A DNA stretch of 64,000 nt from an uncultured Terriglobus sp. GTDB taxonomy: Bacteria > Acidobacteriota > Terriglobia > Terriglobales > Acidobacteriaceae. A program made the position numbers and the translations under genes. Shown in pieces: positions 48,770 to 58,513 of the stretch. Each line of letters opens with the position of its first letter. The stretch's first letter is position 1. The notes under the pieces were generated by a model. The model did not search any database, had not been told where the DNA came from, and saw nothing but the letters and a program-made list of their open reading frames with translations. Location of the stretch: assembly GCA_964243585.1 (NCBI GenBank), contig CAXTFT010000001.1:681-64680 (forward strand), written 5' to 3'.

Positions 48770-51700
48770 ATGCCACTTGTTAGAAACTTGCTAGTCGCTT
48801 TCAGGCGACCGCTGTTATTTGCATCCGCTGCCTTTCTTCCTGTCACACTTGTATGCGCTCAAACGACCGGTACCGGCACCATCACCGGCATCGTCACAGA
48901 CGCGAATGGTGGTCGACTGCCTGGTGCAAAGGTGACTGCGACGAACGCAAACACTCACCTGAGTCGCTCCACAACTACCAACGCTGAAGGTTTGTATGTA
49001 TTGCCGGCTTTGCGCTCCGGCAACTACGACATTCTTGTGGAAAGCCCGGGCATGTCGCCGCAGCGGCAGAATAACGTTCTGCTCGACGCCGATGCCACGC
49101 GCTCGGTCGACCTGACCACTGCGGTAGGCGCAGCAAACGAGACCATTACAGTTGATACGGCTCCTCCTGCGATCGAAAGCTCCAGCGGCGCGCTCGGCAC
49201 CCTGATCTCTGGCACGCAGGTAACTGAACTGCCGTTGAACGGTCGCAATTTTACGCAGTTGCTCACGCTTGGCACTGGTGTCAGCAGTTCTCAGACGGGT
49301 CTCCGCATGGGCGTTGGACAGGAAGGAAATCCGCTGCTGTCTATTAACGGTGGGCGGCAGAATGCGAATGCATTCACCTTTGACGGCGTGCTTGCCATGG
49401 ACACAGGCGGTAACCGCGGCGTCAACCTGTTCCCACCGCCAGAGGCAATCAGTGAAATTCAGGTGCATACCAGCAATTACACCGCCGACATCGGATCGTA
49501 CGGCTACGGTCAAGTCAATGTGGTATCCAGAGCCGGCGCCGCGACATTCCATGGTGATGCGTACGATGTGTTTGCGAATGATGCGCTCAACGCACGGAAT
49601 TATTTCAACACGCAGAAGCCACCGCTCCATGACAACAACTTCGGGTATGACGTGGGCGGCCCCATCTTTCCGCATGCCCCCGGTAACTTTCGGAAGGGCC
49701 TTTTCTTTTTCTTTTCGCAGGCGTTCGACAAGCGCTCCGGACCGGAACTTACTTCTTTTACATCGCCTCCGCAAAGCACCTTCACCGGCGCTGTTCCTAC
49801 GGTCGCCATGCGTTCAGGAGACTTTTCCGCAGTTGCGACGGCAATCCGGAATCCCACAACAGGCTTGCCCTACGCCGGCAACAGAATTACGAACATTGAT
49901 CCGAATGCCCTGATCCTGCTGAACGCTTACATTCCGCTACCGACCAACACGGCTGCACCCGGTGGTAGCACCAACTGGGTTGCAAGCCCCAAAAGCCGCA
50001 CAGACTGGCGCGAAGAGCTGGCTCGCGTCGACCTGACCCTGGGGGCACAAGATACAGTTTTTCTGAGGTATGCCCGTGATCACTGGTCGCAGGAGCAGGC
50101 CATCATCCGACCCTCTGGACAGGCGTTCAACACCATTGGTGGAACCTTCTCAAAACCAGGATCGGGCAGTGTCGCGCAGTGGACGCACATCTTCGGACCA
50201 CGCACTATCAACCAGGCAACCGTCGGTTACAGCCGCAACCAGATCAGCCAAATCCCAACTTCCGCTGCGTTGCTGCCTACGGGATTGAACATCCCCTCGC
50301 TTTTCCACGCGAACGCAGCGGGTGTTATTCCGACTATTACATTCGGCGGAGGATACAGCGGCATTGGCGTGCAGGGTCTCAGTAACAATGCAAACAACGT
50401 ATTTACCTATCGTGATGATGTGACAATGCAGCTTGGGCTACACACCGTAAAGACCGGTGCTAACCTGATGCGTATTCAAAAGTTTGATCGCTATCCGTAC
50501 CAGGGGCAGGCAGGTTCGTTCACCTTTGACGGCAGTCAGACCGGCAACTCCATTGCGGACTTTCTTGTGGGTCGCGCTTACAGCTACACGGAACAGGCTG
50601 CCGTTCCCAACGTGTACCTCTTCAGCAACATGTACGAAGGCTACGTGCAGGACACGTGGAAGTTGCGACCGAATCTAACAGTTGATTACGGGGTACGCGA
50701 CACAATTTACACGGGCGCGCCTAACGGGTATGACAAGTACAACAACATCAGCACGTTTATTCCAGCGTTGTACGTAGCCGCCAATGCACCCACGGTGCTA
50801 CAGGGAAATGGCGCGCTGGTTATCGGCACAGGTGATCCTACCAATGGCTTGATTACGCCCACGAATCAGAAGGGTTTTCATTATCCGCGCTCATTGAGTG
50901 AGCTGCGCAATAACATTGGCCCGCGCGTTGGGTTTGCATACACACCAGGCGGTGCGGGCCGCACCGCCATTCGCGGTGGGTATGGCATCTTTTATCACTG
51001 GGACAACGACAACCATGAGAGTGGTAGCCAGAACCCGCCTTTCTCCACGTCCGGAACGGCATACAGCGTGTCGCTCAGCAATTTTGGCAGCACCGCTGCT
51101 ACGCGTTTCCCACCCACGTTGAACGTGTGGGATCCACGCAAGCTGTATGCCACCATCATGCAGTACAGCCTAACGGTAGAACAGCAATTTCCGTTTGCGA
51201 CCACCTTCTCCCTGAGCTATGCAGGGAACCAGGGGAGACATTTGGATCAGACCCCGAATCTGAACCAGCTACAGCCCGGGCAACTGCCCACGGCCGGAAC
51301 AAACGTCAACTTCCTGCGCCCTTATCGTGGCTATGCGGCGGTAAACTATGACGTGCGTTCTGCCTCAGCTAATTACAACGCATTACAGGTTAACCTTCGC
51401 CGACGGTTCGAACATGGCTTTTCCTTTGGTGTGGCTTACACCTGGTCAAAGGCCGAAACTATCCAGGTGGGTCAGAGTCAATTCTTCAACGAACGCGGCC
51501 TCACGCCATATGACCGGCCCCACATTGTGACGCTGAGCTATATTTGGGCGCCAACATTTTTTGAGCAGGGGAGTTTTGCGAAGCGTGCGTTGCTAAACGG
51601 ATGGGAGTTGAGCGGAATCAGCAATTTCCAGAGTGGCCTGCCTTTCACGGCAGCTTCCTCCACCGATGTTGCACGCGTCGGCAATACCGGCCAGCGGCCA

Positions 51701-52030
51701 AATCGCACCAGCACGCCGCTGTCGTACAACCATCGTTCGGTGACGAACTACTTCAGCACTGTGTCCTTTACGGCAGCTACGTCGGGAACGTTTGGCACGG
51801 AGCGCCCCGGTGATATTCGCGGCCCCGGCATCGACCTGTGGCAGATGAACATTGCTCGCAACATCCCCATTGAGCGGGTCAGCATGAAGTTTGAAGCGCA
51901 ACTCTTCAACATCTTCAATCACGCAAATTTCAATGGTGTCGGCACAACATTCGGCTCAGCAGCCTTCGGCACGCTGACCAGCGCGCTCGATCCTAGGAAC
52001 GTGCAATTCCGTCTAAAGTTTTCGTTCTAA
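48770..52030 (+). CDS. TonB-dependent receptor, Oar-like
   Basis: Start MPLVRNLL; TGTITGIVTDANG, LPLNGRNFTQL, YVQDTWK, GPRVGFAY, PRNVQFRLKFSF. Confidence 0.93.
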   Translation: MPLVRNLLVAFRRPLLFASAAFLPVTLVCAQTTGTGTITGIVTDANGGRLPGAKVTATNANTHLSRSTTTNAEGLYVLPALRSGNYDILVESPGMSPQRQNNVLLDADATRSVDLTTAVGAANETITVDTAPPAIESSSGALGTLISGTQVTELPLNGRNFTQLLTLGTGVSSSQTGLRMGVGQEGNPLLSINGGRQNANAFTFDGVLAMDTGGNRGVNLFPPPEAISEIQVHTSNYTADIGSYGYGQVNVVSRAGAATFHGDAYDVFANDALNARNYFNTQKPPLHDNNFGYDVGGPIFPHAPGNFRKGLFFFFSQAFDKRSGPELTSFTSPPQSTFTGAVPTVAMRSGDFSAVATAIRNPTTGLPYAGNRITNIDPNALILLNAYIPLPTNTAAPGGSTNWVASPKSRTDWREELARVDLTLGAQDTVFLRYARDHWSQEQAIIRPSGQAFNTIGGTFSKPGSGSVAQWTHIFGPRTINQATVGYSRNQISQIPTSAALLPTGLNIPSLFHANAAGVIPTITFGGGYSGIGVQGLSNNANNVFTYRDDVTMQLGLHTVKTGANLMRIQKFDRYPYQGQAGSFTFDGSQTGNSIADFLVGRAYSYTEQAAVPNVYLFSNMYEGYVQDTWKLRPNLTVDYGVRDTIYTGAPNGYDKYNNISTFIPALYVAANAPTVLQGNGALVIGTGDPTNGLITPTNQKGFHYPRSLSELRNNIGPRVGFAYTPGGAGRTAIRGGYGIFYHWDNDNHESGSQNPPFSTSGTAYSVSLSNFGSTAATRFPPTLNVWDPRKLYATIMQYSLTVEQQFPFATTFSLSYAGNQGRHLDQTPNLNQLQPGQLPTAGTNVNFLRPYRGYAAVNYDVRSASANYNALQVNLRRRFEHGFSFGVAYTWSKAETIQVGQSQFFNERGLTPYDRPHIVTLSYIWAPTFFEQGSFAKRALLNGWELSGISNFQSGLPFTAASSTDVARVGNTGQRPNRTSTPLSYNHRSVTNYFSTVSFTAATSGTFGTERPGDIRGPGIDLWQMNIARNIPIERVSMKFEAQLFNIFNHANFNGVGTTFGSAAFGTLTSALDPRNVQFRLKFSF

Positions 52031-52055
52031 TGCAATCGCGCCGAAAAGGACTTCT

Positions 52056-53552
52056 ATGCAGAAGAAAGCTGAAATGCAGCAAGCAGGAAGCGGCTTGAAC
52101 CGGCGTGAGTTTGTCGCCACAGGCCTTGCAGCAACGGGAACCATGCTGATGCCGGGCAGCAACGCCCTTGCTGAAGAAGCAGTCTCAGCGCCCAAAGGCA
52201 AGCAGCCAAACCTTGTCTTCATCTACGGCGAAGGTCACCGGTGGGATTGCCTTTCTGCGGCAGGTCACCCGATATTGAAAACGCCACACCAGGACCGCAT
52301 CGGTAATGAAGGCGTTCGGTTTGAAAACGCTTTCTGTACCAATGCGTTGTGCGCACCTGCGCGCTCCAGTGTGCTGACGGGCATGTACTCCAAGTCGACA
52401 GGCGCGCTGGGCAATGGCGACTTGAACATTCCGCTGGATGTGCCGTACTTCACCGACATGCTTCGTGAGGCAGGTTACGAGATTGCCCTAATTGGCAAGG
52501 CACACTGCCGCGATGGCGCTAAAGACCGTAACTGGGACTACTATTTCGCCTTCAATGCAGCTGGCACCAATTACTACGAACCCAAATACATCGAGGGGCG
52601 CGGATCAAATATCGGTCCAGAAAAAACCTACTACGGGTATGCCGACGATATTGCTATGGACCATGCCATTGAGTGGTTGAAGCAGCCGCGGGAGAAGCCC
52701 TTCTGTCTTTTGTTTTGGCCGGTCACGCCGCACGCTCCATACTACCGTCCGCGTAAGTATCTCGATTTGTACAACGGTGTTGCCATTCCAAAGCCATCCA
52801 CCTTTGATGACGACCTGAAGGGATGGCCGGGCCGCAGCAAGGCGGTAATTGAAGCTAAAAACAAGATTGGCACGCACGTAAATCCTGATGCGACGCGATC
52901 TCTGGAAGAATTGTGCAAGGATTATTACGCGGGTCTGGTTGCTGTGGATGACATGGTCGGACGGCTCTTTGCGTACTTGGAAGAGACCAAGCAGATGGAC
53001 GACACCGCCATCGTGCACTCCTCTGATCATGGCTACTTTCTTGGCGAGTTCCGCATGTTCGACAAGCGGCTGATGTATGAACCTAGCATCCGCGTTCCCA
53101 TGATGATCCGTTATCCCAAGAGGATCAGGGCGGGCAGCGTCCGCAAAGAGATGGTACTTGATCTCGACATTGCACCAACCATCCTCGAACTTGCCGGCGT
53201 TGAGCCACGCAAGCAGATGCAGGGTAAGAGCATGGTCAAGCTTGCGAACGAAGGCGATGCGCACTGGCGTAAAGAGTGGCTCTATGACTATTACGAGTAC
53301 CCGGGCTATGAAGATGTGCGGCAGCATCGTGGTGTAAGAACGGAAACTCACAAAATCATGCACTTTTACACCGTCGATGAGTGGGAGATGTACGACATCG
53401 CCAATGATCCGGAGGAGAAGAACAACCTCTACGGTCAACCCGCTCATGGTGTGAAGCAGAGAGAGCTTACCGCTACACTCGACAGGCTCTTTCGTGCAGT
53501 TCCCGCGCGAGCAGGCATTGACCTGAAGACTAAACCGGCAACCTCATTTTGA
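52056..53552 (+). CDS. Tat-exported Cys-type sulfatase (GlcNAc-6-/mucin-desulfating-like)
   Basis: NRREFV Tat signal; AFCTNALCAPARSSVLTG, GKAH, SSDHGYFLGE..DKRLMYEPSIRVP, DIAPT. Confidence 0.92.
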   Translation: MQKKAEMQQAGSGLNRREFVATGLAATGTMLMPGSNALAEEAVSAPKGKQPNLVFIYGEGHRWDCLSAAGHPILKTPHQDRIGNEGVRFENAFCTNALCAPARSSVLTGMYSKSTGALGNGDLNIPLDVPYFTDMLREAGYEIALIGKAHCRDGAKDRNWDYYFAFNAAGTNYYEPKYIEGRGSNIGPEKTYYGYADDIAMDHAIEWLKQPREKPFCLLFWPVTPHAPYYRPRKYLDLYNGVAIPKPSTFDDDLKGWPGRSKAVIEAKNKIGTHVNPDATRSLEELCKDYYAGLVAVDDMVGRLFAYLEETKQMDDTAIVHSSDHGYFLGEFRMFDKRLMYEPSIRVPMMIRYPKRIRAGSVRKEMVLDLDIAPTILELAGVEPRKQMQGKSMVKLANEGDAHWRKEWLYDYYEYPGYEDVRQHRGVRTETHKIMHFYTVDEWEMYDIANDPEEKNNLYGQPAHGVKQRELTATLDRLFRAVPARAGIDLKTKPATSF

Positions 53553-53644
53553 AGTTTCGATGTATGTCCCAACTCGCAATCTGTTTTCACGTTCTAACGA
53601 CGAGCGTCACAAGCGAGTTCTTGAGAAAGGAAGGCTATCAACAA

Positions 53645-54610
53645 GTGGCTTTTGATGCCGTGCAGCCCACTCCAGGTAAGGATTGTTGCACCCCTCCACG
53701 TGGAGGCGGCGCAATAGTACCCGGTGAGCAAAGTTTACCGACCACGGCGACAACGACTGTGGTAGAACCGATGGTCGCTCTGCCCGGTGGTCGTTTTCTG
53801 ATGGGCACAGACTATGCGCACGGTTTTCCCATGGATGGCGAAGGCCCGGTACGCTCCGTTGTTCTGCGACCCTTCGAAATCGACGTGACGCCGGTGACAA
53901 ACGCGTTGTTTGCAGATTTTGTCCTTCAGACGCAATACCGTACCGAGGCTGAGCGGTTTGGCTGGTCGTTCGTCTTCTCAGGACACATCCCAAGGGGCCG
54001 CTTTCGTTCACTGGTAAGGGACACGGTTGCGGCGACTCCATGGTGGTGTCTGGTGCCGGGTGCGAAGTGGGATGCGCCCGAGGGGCCGGGTTCGGGAATC
54101 GCTAATCGCGCAGATCATCCGGTTGTCCACGTCAGTCATACAGATGCTGCAGCGTATGCGCACTGGGCCGGGAAGCGCCTGCCAACAGAAGCCGAATGGG
54201 AGTACGCAGCACGCGGCGGTTTGGTGCAGCAACTCTTCCCCTGGGGAAATGAACTCGAGCAGGACGGGGTACACCATTGCAACGTGTGGCAAGGGGAGTT
54301 TCCGAAGACAGACATAGCCGCTGATGGGTTCGCAGGTACCTGTCCTGTAAAGGCATTTCCTGCAAATGGGTTTGGACTCTTCTCCAGCGTTGGCAACACT
54401 TGGGAGTGGGTCGCAGACTGGTTCAGCGCGCAGCATCTGAAAACAGAAGCAACTAACCCGAAAGGCCCAAAGCACGGTACAAGCCGGGTCATGAAGGGCG
54501 GCAGCTTTCTATGCCACGCCTCCTATTGCAATCGCTACCGCGTTGCAGCGCGCACGCAAAATACCCCTGACAGTTCCTCCAGCAACATCGGTTTCCGCTG
54601 TGCCCGATGA
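53645..54610 (+). CDS. Formylglycine-generating enzyme (sulfatase-modifying factor)
   Basis: FLMG, HPVVHVS, KRLPTEAEWEYAARGG, GNTWEWV, KGGSFLCHASYCNRYRVAAR (catalytic Cys pair), NIGFRC; GTG start inferred. Confidence 0.92.
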   Translation: MAFDAVQPTPGKDCCTPPRGGGAIVPGEQSLPTTATTTVVEPMVALPGGRFLMGTDYAHGFPMDGEGPVRSVVLRPFEIDVTPVTNALFADFVLQTQYRTEAERFGWSFVFSGHIPRGRFRSLVRDTVAATPWWCLVPGAKWDAPEGPGSGIANRADHPVVHVSHTDAAAYAHWAGKRLPTEAEWEYAARGGLVQQLFPWGNELEQDGVHHCNVWQGEFPKTDIAADGFAGTCPVKAFPANGFGLFSSVGNTWEWVADWFSAQHLKTEATNPKGPKHGTSRVMKGGSFLCHASYCNRYRVAARTQNTPDSSSSNIGFRCAR

Positions 54611-54849
54611 GCTTTCTTGCAAAAGAACGTCTATCGGCCTTAGCAAAGAGAGCCTCTGAACACAAAGAAGAGAAGTGCTGCTAACCCGCAAAGCGACTTA
54701 CTGCATACTCTGAATCGCGGACATGCAGCGCGGAGCAGCCTGTCATCAAACACGTATGCAGCTGGTGCTGTAAGCAGCCTCAGGAGCGCGACTGCCGATA
54801 GGAGAAGCACTCCACTCCCTTGCACCCGTTGTCCAGCGAGGCTTTGTTC

Positions 54850-55205
54850 AGCAAGAGCTAAGGACGTATTTACAGCGGAACAGACCTCGCAGACCTGCTG
54901 GTCGGTCATGCTGTCAAACGGCGGCAGGGTGAGTACCCGGGACGCGACATGGTTCGTGACGGGCAGCGAAGCCGCTGCGCCTGTTGACGCGAACAGATCC
55001 TGTTGAGCCACATGAGGCGAGAAGTACATGGCAGAGTCGATTCCGGCCTGCCGCGGTTCTAATTGGATTTGCTTGCGGTATGGTGCCACGTGTGCCGGCA
55101 GCAGGACCGAGGTTAACTGGTGCGCCTGCCGTTGACCTTTCACCGGCTGAGACTTTAGCCCAGGCAGCGAAGCGCGGTACTGGCTCCTCGCGTTGCTCAA
55201 TCTGG
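54850..55205 (-). pseudogene. C-terminal remnant of a DegT/DnrJ/EryC1/StrS aminotransferase
   Basis: YRASLPGL..RQAHQ..VLLP..AGIDSAMYFSPHVAQQ..LPVTNHVASRVLTLPPFDSMT..VCEV; no PLP-lysine region or N-terminus. Confidence 0.65.
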
Positions 55206-55455
55206 TCGCTGGTGGTATGGGAGAACACTCGCATGCTGATGCATGGACTGGCGCTCGGCACGGCTTGCAGTGTCGTACTGACAAGAGTCTTGTCGCCGAG
55301 TGGTCTGGAGGCACAGCAGTCAACCGCCGCAACGCTGAACCGGGTAGTACATGCAGCGTCGTACAAGATACGGTGTTTTGGCCGGAGCAGAGTCGCGGGC
55401 AACATCAAGAACGGCGGCAACCGTGACCTAACACCGTTCATTGATCGCCCGAGTA

Positions 55456-55488
55456 ATGCGCCAAGATTGCATGCGCCAAGATTGCATG
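55456..55488. repeat. Perfect 15-bp tandem duplication
   Basis: atgcgccaagattgc x2 followed by atg. Confidence 0.8.
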
Positions 55489-55509
55489 AACCCTACAAGG
55501 CATGCCCTG

Positions 55510-57258
55510 TTAAGGACGAGTGCTTACCGTCGCGGGCTCGTCGATAGTGATCTGATGATCGGCAGAGACATTGACCAGTGTTTGTACCGTGCCGCTTGGC
55601 CAATGCACTTCCACCGTCTTGACGGATGCCGCGTTCCCCAGCCCGAAATGCGCACGTTTGTCGCTGGAGGAGAGGTAACTGCCAGCGGTTGAGATGATGG
55701 CATATTGCGATCCGCTCTGTGTCGAGATTTTAATTTCTGCGCCGATGCCGTCACGATTGCTGCGGTGGCCCTTCAGCAGGACCGTGAGCCAATGATTTCC
55801 TGTCTCGGTCCGGTTGTGCAGAATGTGTGCGGAGCCGTCATTCGTTGTGACCACCGCGTCGAGTCGTCCGTCGTTGTCAATATCTCCGATTGCCATACCC
55901 CGCGCCGCCCAGCTCTGCTTAAACACCTCACCCGACTGTGCGGAAACATCCACAAAGCCTGCGCCGGTGTTGCGTGCCAGCAGCATGGGTTCCTTGTAGC
56001 GCAACTGCGGGAAGTTGAGCTGCACGGTATCCAGGTCATGCCCCTGTGCGACCAGCAAATCCTTGCGCCCGTCGTTGTCGTAATCGAGAAAATGAATGCC
56101 CCAGCCTGAGTGCAGCAGCGTCATGCCACCAATGCCGCTGACATAACTGTCGTACGAGAAGCTGGAGTCTCCGTTGTTGCGGTACAGGGCATACTTCTGA
56201 TTGGCAAGGTTGGTGACGATCAGGTCCGGGAGGCCGTCGTTGTCAAAGTCCTGGAAGTCGACGCCCATGCCTGCGTAGGTTTTGCCGTCGCCGTCCACTG
56301 CGATTTCGGCCTGCAGGCCCATCTCTTCAAACGTTCCGTTTCCCTTGTTGCGGTACAGGAACTCGAGCATGGAATCGTTTGCGATGACGAGGTCTACCTT
56401 GCCGTCGCGATCGAAATCTCCGATGGCGATACCGAGGCCCTTTGCAGGCTTGTCGAGTCCCATCTGCTTGGCGGATTCTGTGAAGTGGCCCTTGCCATCG
56501 TTGTGGTAAACGAGTGGAGCGATCGCCGGGAAGATGTCGGGGTGGCAATAGGCTCGGTAGCCTTCGCGGTGCTCCCCGCACCAGATGTCGTCGAACTGCC
56601 ACTGCACGTAACGGAGCACGACAAGATCGAGCAGGCCATCGTTATCCAGATCGACCCAGGCGGCGGATGTGGCCCATCCATTGCTGGCGGTTCCCGACAA
56701 ATCCGTGATGTCTGTAAAGGTGCCGTTGCCGTTGTTGTGATACAGGCGCGACCCGTCATATGCGGTGACGTACAGGTCCTCATAGCCGTCGTTATCGTAA
56801 TCGCCGACGGCCACGCCCATGCCGTAGCCAATGCCCTGCAGGCCGGCCTTGACGGTTACGTCTTCAAACGTTCCATCTTTCTTCTGGTGGTAGAGACGAT
56901 TCCAATACTTGGCATCGGTCTTCTGCGGCACCGTGGTCTTCAGCGTCGGATCGGTGAGCGGCGCGCCGTTGACAAAGAAGATGTCCAGAAGACCATCGTT
57001 GTCGTAATCCAGCAGGGCGACGCCGGATCCCATGGTCTCGATCAAGTATTTCTTTGCGGTATGCGAGGCATGAGCCTCAAAGGCGATGTGGCTCCCGCTC
57101 GTCGTATCGACGAAGTTACCCGCGACACCGGCAGCCTTTGGAGTGACCGTGGCAGCTTTTCCACCCGGATCCTGTGCAACCGCGACACTGACCGCAAGCA
57201 GCAATAAGGTGACCAGGTGGAATGTTCGTACGGTCTGCTGATTGAGTTTCAGTCGCAT
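55510..57258 (-). CDS. CRTAC1-family FG-GAP beta-propeller protein with C-terminal ASPIC/UnbV domain
   Basis: Signal peptide; seven DxDxDGxxD repeats; NRDGIGA..GSYLSSSD.RAHFGLG..VEVHWPSG. Confidence 0.92.
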   Translation of the reverse strand: MRLKLNQQTVRTFHLVTLLLLAVSVAVAQDPGGKAATVTPKAAGVAGNFVDTTSGSHIAFEAHASHTAKKYLIETMGSGVALLDYDNDGLLDIFFVNGAPLTDPTLKTTVPQKTDAKYWNRLYHQKKDGTFEDVTVKAGLQGIGYGMGVAVGDYDNDGYEDLYVTAYDGSRLYHNNGNGTFTDITDLSGTASNGWATSAAWVDLDNDGLLDLVVLRYVQWQFDDIWCGEHREGYRAYCHPDIFPAIAPLVYHNDGKGHFTESAKQMGLDKPAKGLGIAIGDFDRDGKVDLVIANDSMLEFLYRNKGNGTFEEMGLQAEIAVDGDGKTYAGMGVDFQDFDNDGLPDLIVTNLANQKYALYRNNGDSSFSYDSYVSGIGGMTLLHSGWGIHFLDYDNDGRKDLLVAQGHDLDTVQLNFPQLRYKEPMLLARNTGAGFVDVSAQSGEVFKQSWAARGMAIGDIDNDGRLDAVVTTNDGSAHILHNRTETGNHWLTVLLKGHRSNRDGIGAEIKISTQSGSQYAIISTAGSYLSSSDKRAHFGLGNAASVKTVEVHWPSGTVQTLVNVSADHQITIDEPATVSTRP

Positions 57259-57284
57259 GGAAGGGCCGTCCTGACGATAAGCAT

Positions 57285-57860
57285 CTATTTACGCCCTTGA
57301 GCTTTGCTGCCGCTCAGGCCAAGCCGAAAGGGTATACCGAACCGGCCAATCTGAATAACGGACTTTCCCTCCGGCGGCCATATCTTGAAAGATTCCACCC
57401 GAGTGGAAGCCGGGATGCTCCTAGCATCCACCGTGGCGCGCATCGCGCCGGTCGCCGCGTCATAGAAGTGAACGTTCAGCATGGTGTCGCCGCGCTGCCA
57501 TCCCAGCACGTAGTCGCCTGGCGGCAGTGCGGTGTCACCAACCTGTAGGGGGACCTGTGTTTCAAAGAAATGCGAGTACTTGCCGTCGGCTGAGTAGCCC
57601 GCGGTAATCAGAACAACACCGGCGATGAACTTGCCGTGGCCATTGGTGATGCCGGAGGCGGTGCGTAACTCTGTTTCAATGCGCTCCTGCTCCACCGGTG
57701 CCCGTGCGGGTAGCAAGGCCTTCAACTCTGCGTCGGTCGCCGTTCGCCAGGTTTCCGACGGTACCTGCCCGTGGCTGATGCCCACACCGGCAGCCAGGAT
57801 AAGGAACCAAAGAAGAGCAAATTGCCTGCGCGAACGTGGTTGCTTTTGGAAGGGGATCAT
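57285..57860 (-). CDS. Secreted hypothetical protein
   Basis: 191 aa, signal peptide, VGDTALPPGDYVLG motif; gaps of about 26-29 nt to both neighbours. Confidence 0.75.
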   Translation of the reverse strand: MIPFQKQPRSRRQFALLWFLILAAGVGISHGQVPSETWRTATDAELKALLPARAPVEQERIETELRTASGITNGHGKFIAGVVLITAGYSADGKYSHFFETQVPLQVGDTALPPGDYVLGWQRGDTMLNVHFYDAATGAMRATVDARSIPASTRVESFKIWPPEGKSVIQIGRFGIPFRLGLSGSKAQGRK

Positions 57861-57889
57861 TCGTACTGCCTTTACGCGTGGTGCTGTTG

Positions 57890-58513
57890 CTAATCCAGGT
57901 GAACGATGCCGCGCTGGATGGCCGCAGTGACCGCCTGGGTGCGATCGGTTACGGCAAGCTTTGCCAGCAGGCTGTTGATGTGGGTTTTAACTGTGGCTTC
58001 CGAGATCAGGAGGTCACTGCCGATTTCTTTGTTGCTGCGCCCCTGCACAATCCGTTGCAGGACGCCAAGTTCACGTTTTGTCAGTTGCGGCCCGCTCATG
58101 CGATCGGCAAGTTTTTCTGCGATCTCAGCGGGGATGCGCGAGCGGCCCAGATTCACTGTGCGGATGGCGTTGATGAGTTCGTCGACAGACATGCCCTTCA
58201 GGAGGTAACCCTTTGCCCCCGCCTGCAGGGCGCGATAGATGTCTTCATCGCCGTCAAAGGTGGTCAGCACAATGATCTTTGCCGCCGGATGTTCGCCGCG
58301 GATGAGTTGAATTGCCTCGACGCCGCCCATCTTACCCAGCCGCAGATCCATCAGCGTTACGTCCGGCAGGTGCTCCCGGTAGAGTTTGACGGCATCTTCG
58401 CCGTCATTCGCCTCAGCCACGACGTCCATGCCTTCCACGGTCCGCAGCAGCGCGATGAGTCCCTGCCGAACAACAGGATGATCATCCACAACGAGCAATC
58501 GAATCGGCGTCAT
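57890..58513 (-). CDS. NarL/LuxR-family response regulator
   Basis: VDDHPVVR, DVTLMDL, LTTFD, GAKGYLLK; LTKRE..GRSNKEI..TVKTHI HTH. Confidence 0.95.
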   Translation of the reverse strand: MTPIRLLVVDDHPVVRQGLIALLRTVEGMDVVAEANDGEDAVKLYREHLPDVTLMDLRLGKMGGVEAIQLIRGEHPAAKIIVLTTFDGDEDIYRALQAGAKGYLLKGMSVDELINAIRTVNLGRSRIPAEIAEKLADRMSGPQLTKRELGVLQRIVQGRSNKEIGSDLLISEATVKTHINSLLAKLAVTDRTQAVTAAIQRGIVHLD

